From Thalia democratica (lineage: Eukaryota), in contig OZ241830.1 in NCBI GenBank assembly GCA_965202585.1, positions 67,704,001 to 67,768,000 of the forward strand: a stretch of 64,000 bases of DNA, written 5' to 3'. The position numbers and the translations under genes are program-made. Under the pieces are notes generated by a model, which saw only the letters and a list, made by a program, of their open reading frames with translations, searched no databases and was not told the origin of the DNA. Positions 37,290 through 49,400 of this stretch are shown in pieces (the stretch's first letter is position 1; every line of letters begins with the position of its first letter).

Positions 37290-39045
37290 ATGAGTTTTAA
37301 ATTATCAAAAAATCGTAGAAAAAGCTTTAGTTTAGTTAAAGCATGCAAAAACAATGCTCGAAAGATAAATGAAAACAAAAATAGGATAAAAGTTTGTGAA
37401 ACAGGTTTGTTTTTCGTTTTAAAATATGCATTTCGGATTTCATATTTATGAACCTTATGATTATTTTGTCAACTTCAGATTTGCTATTAAACCAAGTTAC
37501 CTCCGGATTTTTAGAAAAAAACACAATTTGTTTTAAACGCTTTGAATATTTTTTTTTAGTTGCTTCATAAATAACAAGTATATAGGAAATTAAAGTTAAG
37601 GTTTGAGAATAAAAGGTGTTAACTAATGCTTTTAAAACATTTTTAGGTCGGAAAAAATCTAAAGAAGCAATGTTTGTATCGGCTTTTAAACTAAATAAAC
37701 TTTTTCTACTAACAAACGTACCAAAACTAAGCAGAAAAATCGAAGATAGTTTAACTGTTCAAAACGTATCCACATACTGCCAGATGTCATACATTTACAA
37801 TCTAAACGTTCTGTTTAAAAAAACGTTCAGCTTCATTGAACGTTGTTTTGTAGTGGTTGCTGAAACTAAAAACTTTTTAGAAATAGAAGACATTTTGATT
37901 GCAAGAATAATGGGTAGTTCTGGGTTAAAAATTACTTCAGAGTTAGAAGTTTTCAATGCTATAGATAGCTGGACTAGCTACAATACACAAAAAAGGAGCA
38001 AGCATGCAAAACATCTTTTTTTAAAGGTTCGGTTTCATCTTTTGCCCGATCGCACATTGAAACACGTTTTCGATAAATCTTCATACTTTTCTAAAACTAA
38101 AGAACATGGTGCACTGTTCAATGCAGTTATGGATAACAAAGAGAATTTTCAAAAAAGTTGGTAAACAACTGCTACACCCATAGATATTGCGACCAACATG
38201 ATTTTGATATAGTTATTTGTGGTGTTTTGGATGAACATTTAAAAAACTCAAACAAAGTGTTTCACAAAACAATAGAAAATGTGAAATTTATTACTCCAAA
38301 GAAACAAAAAGCAAATTTTAACCGAGTGGTTTGTTTGAAAGGAGAAATTTATGCAATAGCAGCAGGTAACTACATGTTTAAGGAAGACAAAACTACCATT
38401 GAAAAATACATTGCGAAAACGAATACTTGGGAGAAAGTTTCACAAATAGACGACAACGGAGGACGAAGTTCATTTTGCTGCTGCGCTTTCATGAACGAAA
38501 TATATTTACTAGGCGGCCGTTACCGATGGTACGTGACTGACTCCTGCTTGAAGTTTGATGCAACAAGCCGCGCTTGGAAGGGAGTCACGGAGATGAGCGA
38601 AGCGCGCCAGCATGCGGCGTGCGCCGTTTTCCAAGGAAGAATCGTGGTTTGCGGCGGAGAAGATAAAGAAGATGAAAATTACTCGGAAACGGTTGAGTCG
38701 TATGACGTCATCACCGACACTTGGTCGCCGATGCCCAGCATGATGGAAAGCAAAAGCAGGCACAGCGCAGTTGCGGTGAGAAGCAAGTATTACGTCATCT
38801 GCGAACACGATTTTTGCGAGGTCTTTGACAGCGTTTGTAACAAGTTTGTTGCCTTAAAAGAACCGAATCTAAAGTTTAGACGAATGAGTGAAGCTGTTTC
38901 ATTTGGCAGTAAATTTTTTTTGTTTCGTTTTACTCAACCTAGTTTGGTTGTTTATGATGTTGATAAAAACGAGTGGTCGGAGGAACTGTGTGAAATTACC
39001 AAAAATGTTCAATGTTTTTCCTGTACAGTTGTACCATTTTGTTAA
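37290..39045 (+). CDS. BACK-Kelch (kelch-like) protein, no clear BTB domain; one frameshift in an A6 run at 38151-38156
   Basis: Putative exon 1 37290-37404 (ATG...ACAG/gtttgt, phase 1) joins ttttag/GT at 37647. BACK-like segment (TVQNVSTYCQMSYIYNL, SSGLKITSELEVFNAIDSW, VRFHLL) is followed, after a one-base shift, by YTHRYCDQ and kelch repeats (IYLLGG, IVVCGG, VESYDVITDTWSPMPSM) ending TAA. Confidence 0.8.
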
Positions 39046-40487
39046 TAAATTTGAAGTATTAAATGTTTAGCTAAGTGCCAAATAATTGTATAAACTGTAC
39101 AGAAATCTAAGACAAAATTCATTCAAAAACATCTTTATTAAAGCAACAAACAAGTAAAATCGATTTCGGCTAACGCTTTTCAATTACTTTAGTTAGCAAC
39201 TAATTTTAAGATTAAATTTTGAGTATATAAATAGTTAGAGGTTACATCAGAAAAATCAATTAACACTAATTAGCATAATTGAGCAAAAATTAATTAAACA
39301 TTCACAATTCATAAATGCATATACAAAACAGTTTATCAGTAATTTAACTAAGATAAGCAACATTAAAAATAAAATAAAAATAAGCGACAAAATTCAAATA
39401 AAATCTATAACAACTTATAAAGATTAGATTTATAAACGTATTGTTGCTTACACAAATTAGGTTTACATGTTTTTATAAATAGAGATTCTAAAACACTTAG
39501 GTGATAATCGTTACGAGCTTTTTTATTCTTTATTTTCGTAATCGTCTTTTTTTTTTCGACTGACTAACTACGGACGATTCATACCAAAATATTTTTATCA
39601 TATTCGTTTAGATCAGAGTAGTACAAAGCTGTATGCAATAAAGAAGTTTAATATGACTAACAATTTAATTTTGCATAAAAACATGATAAATTATAAGGTA
39701 CATTTTGTAGTAGAAATCAATTTAGAACATTTATAAATTGAATCATTCAAGTTAACTTAAATATCGCAAACAAGTTCAAACTCACTTAAGAACCAAAATT
39801 ACCCTACAAACTTGTAACTTTTTAAAAAGGCTCTTACTAAACTATTATACAAAAACATTCATATTTTTGATAGCAGATTGATAAAATAAAATTTAAAAGT
39901 TAAAAAAACTAACAAGATAAAGTTTCAAACTTTATAATACAAAACTTTAAAAATTTAATTATAATGTGTTTAAGGCTTGTAATTGATTATATGTTATAAA
40001 AACCTATATTTTATGCAATAATGTAAAAAATAGTGTCTTATTTCTAGAAGTACAAATAGCATAAAGAAGAGTTACTCATTATTTTAAATCATTACTGGTT
40101 TGTAATTAGTTTTATTGTTTGAGACAGCAAACGAAGGAAAAATACAAATGTTTTTACTTCACACATTTTTATCAGTTTAAATTTTTAGTATAAAAAAAAC
40201 TAGGTAGCACAAAATTATAATTTCCTAAAACTTCAATTTTCTAAACAAAACTTCCAGTAAGTAAATAATTTTAAAAATCAATGCAATTATAAAAAAGAGT
40301 GAAAATCTTAAGAGCTCTTCTGCAAGCTTATCGAAGGAAAAAAATCTAAAATAACTGAAGGTTTGTGCTTAATAAGAAAATTTTTCAAACGTCCTTGATA
40401 AAAGTAGGAATAAAATTCTACAAAAATTTACTAAAAAGGCATAAGCAGCAAAACTAAAACGGTCAATTGAAATTGAGACGTGCAGCA

Positions 40488-43400
40488 TCAAACGACGTTG
40501 TGTTTGAACAGCACGTAGTTGGCCATCGTGTGGTTGCCCGACTGCCGGTACATCAAGCTGAGGTTGAAGGCGATCTCGTGCCGGAGGTCGAAGCTGTCCT
40601 CGCACACCGCGTCGACCACAGTGGCAGGTGGTCCGCACTTCAACGCTTCCTCGTACATGTGCACCGCAAAGTGGTTCAGCCCGATCTGGTGGAGGGCGCG
40701 CCCGATGTTGTACAGCGACTCCTGCTTGTTGTTCCGCAGCTGCCATTTCAAACATTATACACGTTTGTTCAAGTTTTATTTCAAATATCATGCCAACTGG
40801 CCTTTTCAGTTTATATTAAATAACATCATTACTTGAACGAAGGATATTTTGTTTACTTATTCAAACAGAAGCTGACTCATGAATATTTTTAAATTTTAAG
40901 TAGCTTTTATAGTTATTTAATGCACGAAGTTAGATTTATGTTTGCGGGTATTTATATCCGAATGAAATAAGTGCGGGTTAAAAACTGTACTTACAAAACC
41001 TTTATATAGCTTTTATTAATCTTTAATAGTTAACCTAACAATGAAATATTACAAACAAATTTGTTTCATTAATTTAAAAAACGTCAGCTTTTAGACTTTA
41101 TCAAAACAACTATTCTAGCAAGAAAACTAAACATTACCATTGAGGATCTTCAACGTAATAAACAATCTATCAAAATAATCAAACCTGGCAATACTTGGCA
41201 AGGAGTGCGAAGGCTTGCGCGACATAAGTGTGCTTGTTACCGCAAGTTTTCTGCGTGAGTATGTGGCAGTAGCAAATTCCCACTATCAAATGCAGTTCCG
41301 GATTTTCTTGCTCCTGCAAGTATTCTTGTTATTTATCAGATAAGTTTATTCGATAGCACTGACCAAAGTTGGTTTAAAAAGCTACGTATGTTTTTTAAAT
41401 GAATCTAAAACATTTTTTAACTGTAAAAGTCTTACTTTAACTTACACATTCACTTCTTTAATACATTACACAAAGATACTACAAGAGTTTCAAAAATTTA
41501 TGAATTTTGGATATAAGTAACAAAACGAGCTTAAAAAACTATACACTTTTGGTTTTTCTCAGAAAGGGATTAAAATTGTTAATAACGTTTAATTTGCTTA
41601 TAAGTACTTTTTAAAACTTTACTTGGTTTTTAATAAAATATATTAGTGAGTTTTATTTTGTACTATTCTGTTTTTAATAACTAAAAATTTTCAAAAACCA
41701 ATAAAGTACAGATACATCTACAAAAAATTGTCAAACTTCTTCTAGTAGTTCGATGTAATAATTAAGTGCAGGTCTGAAGTTATTAGATGCAATATCTCCA
41801 TGAGCGAACATGCTTTGAAGCGGGTAAACTTTCTTATCTTGTACCTGTAATTGTATACTTGCTTTTCGTGAATGCTTTTAAAAAGAAAACAGATTAACCA
41901 CTTTGTTTTGCTAGTAATTAACTTTGAAAATAACACAAAAATAACTTATCATTATTGCGAAAAACTTTAATTTACTCTGCAATTAAAAAGTGGTAAACTT
42001 AACTAGTCATTAAAATAATACTTTACATTAGCACAAAACAAAAAAGGTCAACATAAGTTTACTTACTATAAAGCGCATTATTGTTGCAAAAACAATTACT
42101 ATTGGAATAAAATAATAGATAACCAATACTGGGGTATAGACAGTATTCAATAAACACGTATTTGTTATCTTAGATAAAAAAAACTTAAACGCAAAATTTT
42201 CTGCCTTGCAATTAATAATACTTTTGTGCAAATTTTTTTGACACAATACTGACCACCATGATTCTGTGGAGAAACCTGTGAGTGTTTTTGAGAACCTTCT
42301 GACTGTGAGACATCCTGGTGACCACCTGATTGAATATGTTCCACACGTGGTTCTGCACCGACGACTGGTCCTCCTTCTTCGATAAGATCACCTTCCTTCA
42401 ATTGATATACAACAGGTTTGTATGGAAACAATGTACAGTAAGACAGTGTTTGTACAAATGAGGTTAGAATTTTAAACTTATATTTATAAAAAAAACGCAG
42501 TCTTTATTTTGGATGCCATTTATAAAAGCACTAAAAGTTTTAATACAGTTTATAATTTAAAAAATTTAAACTAAAATCTAAAATTAGCTGAAAATACTGC
42601 TTGATAAGTTTACTTATGTTTGTAAAATTAAAAGTTAATAAAAATGCAGCAAAGTATTCATTTTATCAATAAACAACACAAATAATTTAATTCAAACAAA
42701 CTTGAGTATTTTGAAGGCGTAATAGTACCACCCGCTCAACAGGCTGAACCTGAACAAAATAACTTCCAGCTTGCTTCTTGAAATTTTCGCGCGCGAAAAG
42801 AAGTTTTTCTCCTTCATAACGTGGTCGCTTATCAAACAGGCCTCCTTGTATCTTTTGCACGTGTTGAGCAGGTTCAGCAACTCCTTGATTGATAAGGTCG
42901 ATTATATTGGTGGAGTCTTAGCTCGTAAAAGTTTTTGTACTAAAGAAATAATATGCAGCAAAAATATTAAAATACTTTAGAATATTAAGATATAAACTAT
43001 TTGTATTTAAGAAAGATTTTTTTTTGGTATGATTTAACCTTATGTTAAACTTATCTCACGGTATACGAATGTCCAGGCTTAAGCTCTATAGACTTTCGCT
43101 GATGTTTTCGTTAAAAAAGAATTGATATACTTTTTAAATTTTTTATGAACATTGAATCAGTTTTTAATAAATATGGAGTGTTTATACTGTCATATAACAA
43201 CAAAAGATTATGTTCTAAAACTATCCCTTATCATTTACTTAGAAGTCAACATTAACACAGCTAAGAACATTTATAGAAGAAAGTTAATTATAATTTAATA
43301 CTCCTGAATGTGGTATAATTTTTAACTTGAATAAGTTTTTAATAATACAGTGCTTATTGACTTATCCGGACATGTTGGGCAATTCTGTAAAGGTATCCGG

Positions 43401-46400
43401 ATAAGCATTTTTCCAGATAAGTACAAAATATAGTGTTTTTATAAAATAATATAACTGCTGTAATTTATGTAATGTAAAATAAATTATAATAGCTCAGCTC
43501 TTCTTTTTCTGCTTTAAATTTTTTACACTTTACTTTTCAAAATGTCGTGAAAAGTCGACTCGCATATGCTAAAATGCTTTATTATAAAAGACTCTAAAAC
43601 ATTGTTTTTCTATCTTTTTACAAACTTCTAGTTTATTTTCAAAGCTTATTGCAACTCGTGTTAATTTTTATTTTTGTAACTTGTCTATTTCTGAAACCTT
43701 GTATGTTGAGTATGTCAAACTTATAGAACTTTTTAATTAAATTAAAAATTAGAAAAAAAAATATGCATCTATCTTAAATAAAAATTGTTTCAATTAAGAA
43801 CTTTTGATAGTTTGAATTAAAAACCAAACATAAAAAACTTTAATATATCAGTTTACTAAAAAATTAAAATTAAAAACATTATTCTTTAATTTTTTTAAAA
43901 CTGATTTACTTTACATATAAAGGTTTCTAATAACTTAACTAGTTTTGAACAAAATTGAACTTAAGCTTTACTAGTATTATTACGTCACATTTGTGTATTA
44001 AACTGCAGAACTTATAAAATCATTAAAAAAATTTTTCACAGCATCAAAGCTTGAACATTAGTATGTATTACACAAAAATGTTTGTGTTTAATACTGAATG
44101 TTTTTATTTATTTTCTTCTCGACTGAATTTTTCCATATAAGTGAGCGTCCGGATAAGTGAATAAGCATTGTACAACTAAACTATTTCAATTAAAAAATTA
44201 GACTCATATTTCAAACTCGCATTCATGTGTCAAAAGCAAAACTAAAAGAGTTTCAAATACACCAGCGTTCTTAAACATACCAGTGAAACTTTATCAAAAC
44301 AAACCTTGTAAAAGTCGATCCACTGCCTCTGCTTGAAGACCTGCCAGTCGGCTTTCAGGTACAATTCCTCGTCAATCCTCTGCTTGCCCGCCCTCTTGCA
44401 AGTCACTTTGATCTCGCCTGCGAACGGGTTGGTTGTTTTCCTACTTCGCTTCACTATTGACAGCTGAAAAATTTGAACGTTGAACCAGTTTATTTGTATT
44501 TATTTTAAAAGTTATTAAGTGCCCAGACAGTATGAGAAAATCAAAGTTTGATATTTCGGTAAAGACCTTGTAAATAATATATTTTTTGTTTACACAATGT
44601 AAAGTGAGAAATGAGGAATCAGCATAATATGTAGAAGAATAAAATAAGTAATTTTTTTAAAGAACAAATTTAACAGAAAAAAAAAATACTTGCATTCAAG
44701 GTCGTCAAAGGTTTTTTTGACAAAATTTTCTAGGTTTTCTAAATTTATTCCAGATATTTTAAATAACAATATTTTGGTTTCTTTTGGTTTAAAAGTAAAT
44801 TTAAGGTAAACAACTGACTTAGAATGTATAACAACATTGAAAAGACACTGTAAATCTACTTTAAATATGATAAAAAAGCACTTTATTATTATTTTCTTTT
44901 TCTATATTATAGATTTTTGATATATAATCGAAATTTCATTTCTTTACATGTAAAGTTTCTTTAAAATTCCATATTTTTTAGTGATTTTGTTCGAAATTCC
45001 AGATTTTCCAGGCTTTTCCCAGATTTCTCAAATTCCAGATTTTTTTACAAAATTGTCAAATGTCAGGTTTTTTAACAACTCTGATACGAAAATAACCAAA
45101 CAAAGTACTTTTATATTTATTGGAAAACAAGAAAACTGTCTGTACTAATCAGAAAAAGTACTAATTGAAATTAACCTCGGTTTTGAAAGTACTTTTCAGT
45201 CTGTTGGCGAGCATAATCAATACAACATCCGCTGCAGCTGCTAGCTTCTTTCTGTGATTAATCATGTTTATTAGCATTAAGGATATAAGTTAGTTAAGAA
45301 TTAATAAACATTTTTTACTTCCAGTGACTTTAAAAAAAAAATAGTCTATCAGTTGGTATTAGTTATCTATCGTATCCTAATTTTGTGAATCGGTTTAAGC
45401 ACTTATAATTGAGCAAAATATTTCTTCAATTTAAAATTTGCTTTAAAGCAGTGTTTCTAACAATATATGTATTAAAACTCCATGTTTTCATAATTGGTGA
45501 TAAACAACTTCTGTACAAACTTATTTGTTCTTTTAAAATACATATTTTGGTTGTGAAGACAGTTATTTCTAACATTAGCCAACTAAAACTATTCCAATTT
45601 ATTTGAAACGTCATAATGTGTATTTTTTTGATCCTTAAAAAAAAATATGCTAACTTTGTTATTGTTCTTATGAAACTACAGTAAACAAACCGAACATTAG
45701 TTTTTTTTTTGTATTATTAATATTAATCTCTGCTTTCGTATCAAAAGATTTGGCTTTTATCGAATAAAAAAACAGCTCCAAATACTGTTTTAAGTACATA
45801 AGTAATCTTCTTAAAATTATCTTTTCCTCATCTAGATTTTATTATACAAACTTATTAATAATTTTTAACTTTGCTAAAGCTAAACAGAACGTAAGGAAAA
45901 AATTAGACTTCAAATCAGGGTTTCATTATAAAAAAATACTATTGAACTTTAAATAGCTAACGATTCTGAAATTCTATTTAAGCTGATAAAAGTGTTCTGG
46001 TAACTCGAAACGGCACAGCTTGTCTTCTTAAACAAAAAAAGAAACGAGCTAACTTAACATTCAACAAATAACAAACTTTTTATTGGGATGCTGGCCCCAC
46101 TTTTTGAAAACTTGGAACCTGCAATTCAGCAGCCTCATCTGGTCTTTCGGTGAAATTTCATTTTCATTCTCCCCTTTCTCGGCTCCATCTAGTGTCTAAA
46201 GTATTATCAAAAAATTATACACTTTACAAAATCTTAAAAACTTTCAAACAAAAGCAGGCTAATTAAACAACCAAAACACCTCGATGGCGACGCGGTATTC
46301 CCCGGTGTCGAGCAAGATGGCGGCCAGCTCCAGCCTGATGTCGACCGAGTCCTCCGCCGATATCTGCAGGCACTTGAAAAAATTCTCCTTGGCGCTCTTG

Positions 46401-49400
46401 TAGTCGTTGAGCTTCAGCAGCGACATGCCCTTCAGCTTGAACAGCTCCTTGCTGTTGGAAAAGTGCGCGAAGTGGTGCACTTCCAGTTCCTCGATCAACC
46501 GCAACGATTCGACGTACTGGCCCGCTTCGAAGCACGCCACGCAAACACTTATCTGCACGTCCGCTGTTTGTCAGGATGTTAGAGTTTGTTGATTTTTTTG
46601 TTTGGTGCCAGTATTATAAAACAATTGCTTAATTTAGAAAAATACTTGTTAAGAAAAACAAAAAGCAGGGTTGCCAAATGATTTTGGCAAATTTTCTCCA
46701 GGTTTTCGAAATTTCTTCCAGGTTTCTAAAATTAGACGTTTTACGGTCTATTTTCAGTTTAAAACTAAGCTTAAGGTAAAAAACTGTGCCTAATAGTATA
46801 ACAACATTGAAAATATATCTAAAAGCTTTTTTAAATTTGTTTTTTATTAAAAAAAATTTGAAGATGACAAAAATGTTTATTTATAAGATAGATTATTTAT
46901 TTACAATTAAAACTTTACTACTTGACTTTTAAAAGTTGTTTAAAATTCCAGTTCTTTCCAGGTTTTTTTAGTGATTTTTGCTCAAAATTCCAGGTTTTTT
47001 TTCAAAATTACTCTAAGACCAGGTTTTTCCAGTTTTTTTTTTACCTTGAATTGTCAAATTACAATTTTTTCCCGGATTCGATGTTTTTTGGTAACCTTAA
47101 AAAAGACATAACTTAACCCTCATAACTTTTAATATATTAGTTTACTGCAACAAAATAATCTTAACCTTGCAGGTATTTTTCTACCTCTATTTATAAAATT
47201 ATGTATACAATATTAACAACTAGTTTTTTTTTGCTTGATTTTAAAAAGCACTGAAAAATTTGTCTAACTGCGTTTTTTTTTCCTTTAAAGATTAAAACTA
47301 CGTGACGTTTATCTTAAGAAACACAGTGCAAAAAAAATCCTTACAAACACTCGTACAACGAACCTACGAACGCAGAGTCCAGCTTGATTATGCTCTCAAT
47401 GTCGTTCTGCACCAAATGCGTGAGATTGCAGTGAATGGCGGCTTGCACCGCTTTCGACTTCAGGTCGATCGGGATGGGAAGGATGTCGATTCTGCGAATG
47501 TTCTCAACGTCGTTCCTTCGCACTTTATTCGCTTCACCTGTGAAAGTTTTTTTTTTATAATGCAGCGTTCTGCTTTTGATCTGAATAACAATTGAAATGT
47601 AAAAAGTCAACTTGATTTTGTTTTTTAAAAATATTTGTTTGTTGTTATGTATAAAATATCAATGTGCTTTTTCGGTATTAAAGCCGGTGTTGATTTCAAC
47701 TTGAAATAAGAAGAGACCAAAGAAGTTTATTGGTGAAAATTTATTTGGTAGTTTACAATATTATGTATAAACTTTGTTAGCAGCAAGCACTTAATTTTAT
47801 GAATAACTACTGATTTGACTAGTAAAGTTTTTACTAAAATAAAAAAGTGTTTTTAATTTCTAACTTCAAATATATAAATGTTGTTAAAAACTTTTAACTG
47901 GAAAATAGTTAGTTTGGTATATACCTTCAGATAATTCAGTAGTTTGATCTTCTGCTAAATAAAAAAGTTTAATCTTTTCCATGAACTCCAAAACCTGAAA
48001 AGTATCTTTTTTTTTTTTGGAACGTTCAGATTTAAATAACATATGAATCAAAAGCAACTAATCTGAAAAGTAATTATTATGACTAAGTTAAAAACACAGA
48101 CCTATTTTCTTCAAATTTAAGGTAGATGAAAAGTTAAAAAAAAAACATATCTATAGCAAAAATTATTTATGTGAGCCAAAGAAAAATACTTTTAGAAAAC
48201 TAGTAAATATTCATTAATGAAACCATTCTTTAACAATGTCACTTTAAGTTAAAAATCTTGTAACTAATTTTAAAGAGTATTTTTACGTACCTTACAATCA
48301 AAAGTTGTTTAAGTTTTAAACAAAACCTTCAAAACGTCTTTCCATTTATTGCATTCTACGCACAGTTCACACAAATGATGTAGCTTCTCCTCATCGAAAC
48401 ACCTTTTATGAAAGCGCATCGCTTTCTTCAACAGGTTTATCGCCACTTCATAGTAACCTTCTTGGAAAGCCTTTCTGCAATACAAAACAGTTTCCTTTTT
48501 TTCTAATAACTAAATTGTTATAAATATTAAATTGAAGTAAAATGTTTAAGCTAAAAATAAAAAGATACCAATTTAAAATGGGATTAAACTGAATTTACCA
48601 GTATACTTATAATTTCCACCCGCGCACAATTCCCACCCAAAATCTATTAATTCTTATTTATTTTGTTTTTTATTCATTATGTATCTATTTTATACTATAA
48701 CTGTTACCCCTAACCCTCACCCTTGGTCGGAAAGCGGTTCTCAGATTTGATCGGGTGGGAATTGAGCGAGGGTTGGAACTGAGCTGAATTTACCATAACA
48801 CCTACTTTAATACTATGCTTCATTTTTTTAGTTGTAAGTTTTTGAAAAATTTAATCACCATAAAGTTTATACTTTTTTCGTTGAAACATTGTATAACACC
48901 TACAACTGTGATGAAGTATAATCCCCTCACCAAGCCAAAACAGATAAATAGAGAAACAAACAAAATATGCACTTGTACTGTGTAGCCAGTGCATATGTAT
49001 TTTAAAATAAAACAAAATAATAATACATTTTCTTATTTGTTTTAAAATTGTGTTGAAATTAACAAACTATTGGTGTTTTTCTTTTATTTTAGCTAATACA
49101 GCAATTATGAAAACAATTAATAAGTTTAATAAGGCAATAGCGGGGTCCACCTTGATTTTTACAAGTTGATGTTTTTAGTAGAGCTCTATCTCAGCTATCA
49201 GATATTTTTGGCCACTTAAAAAATTCAAAGTAAATTTTGAGTTAAAAGCAAGCGAAGTTGGTGAGCTCAGTAAGTTCCTTAAACAAAGAGCAAACCAATA
49301 ACGCAAAAAAAAAAAAGACTATTTCACTAAAAATCTATCTTCTCCTTAAAATACATTCTACTTTTTTACAGAAAGTCCATTATCAATATTTAAATACTTT

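Noticed and set aside
38145-38165. Programmed -1 ribosomal frameshift in the Kelch gene
   Set aside because: In-frame codons are CAA AAA AGT, not an X XXY YYZ heptamer, and no obvious downstream stimulator is present.
46263-47595. ORFs 46263-46544(-), 46407-46592(+) and 47302-47595(+)
   Set aside because: Alternate or antisense frames of GTF3C3 exons.
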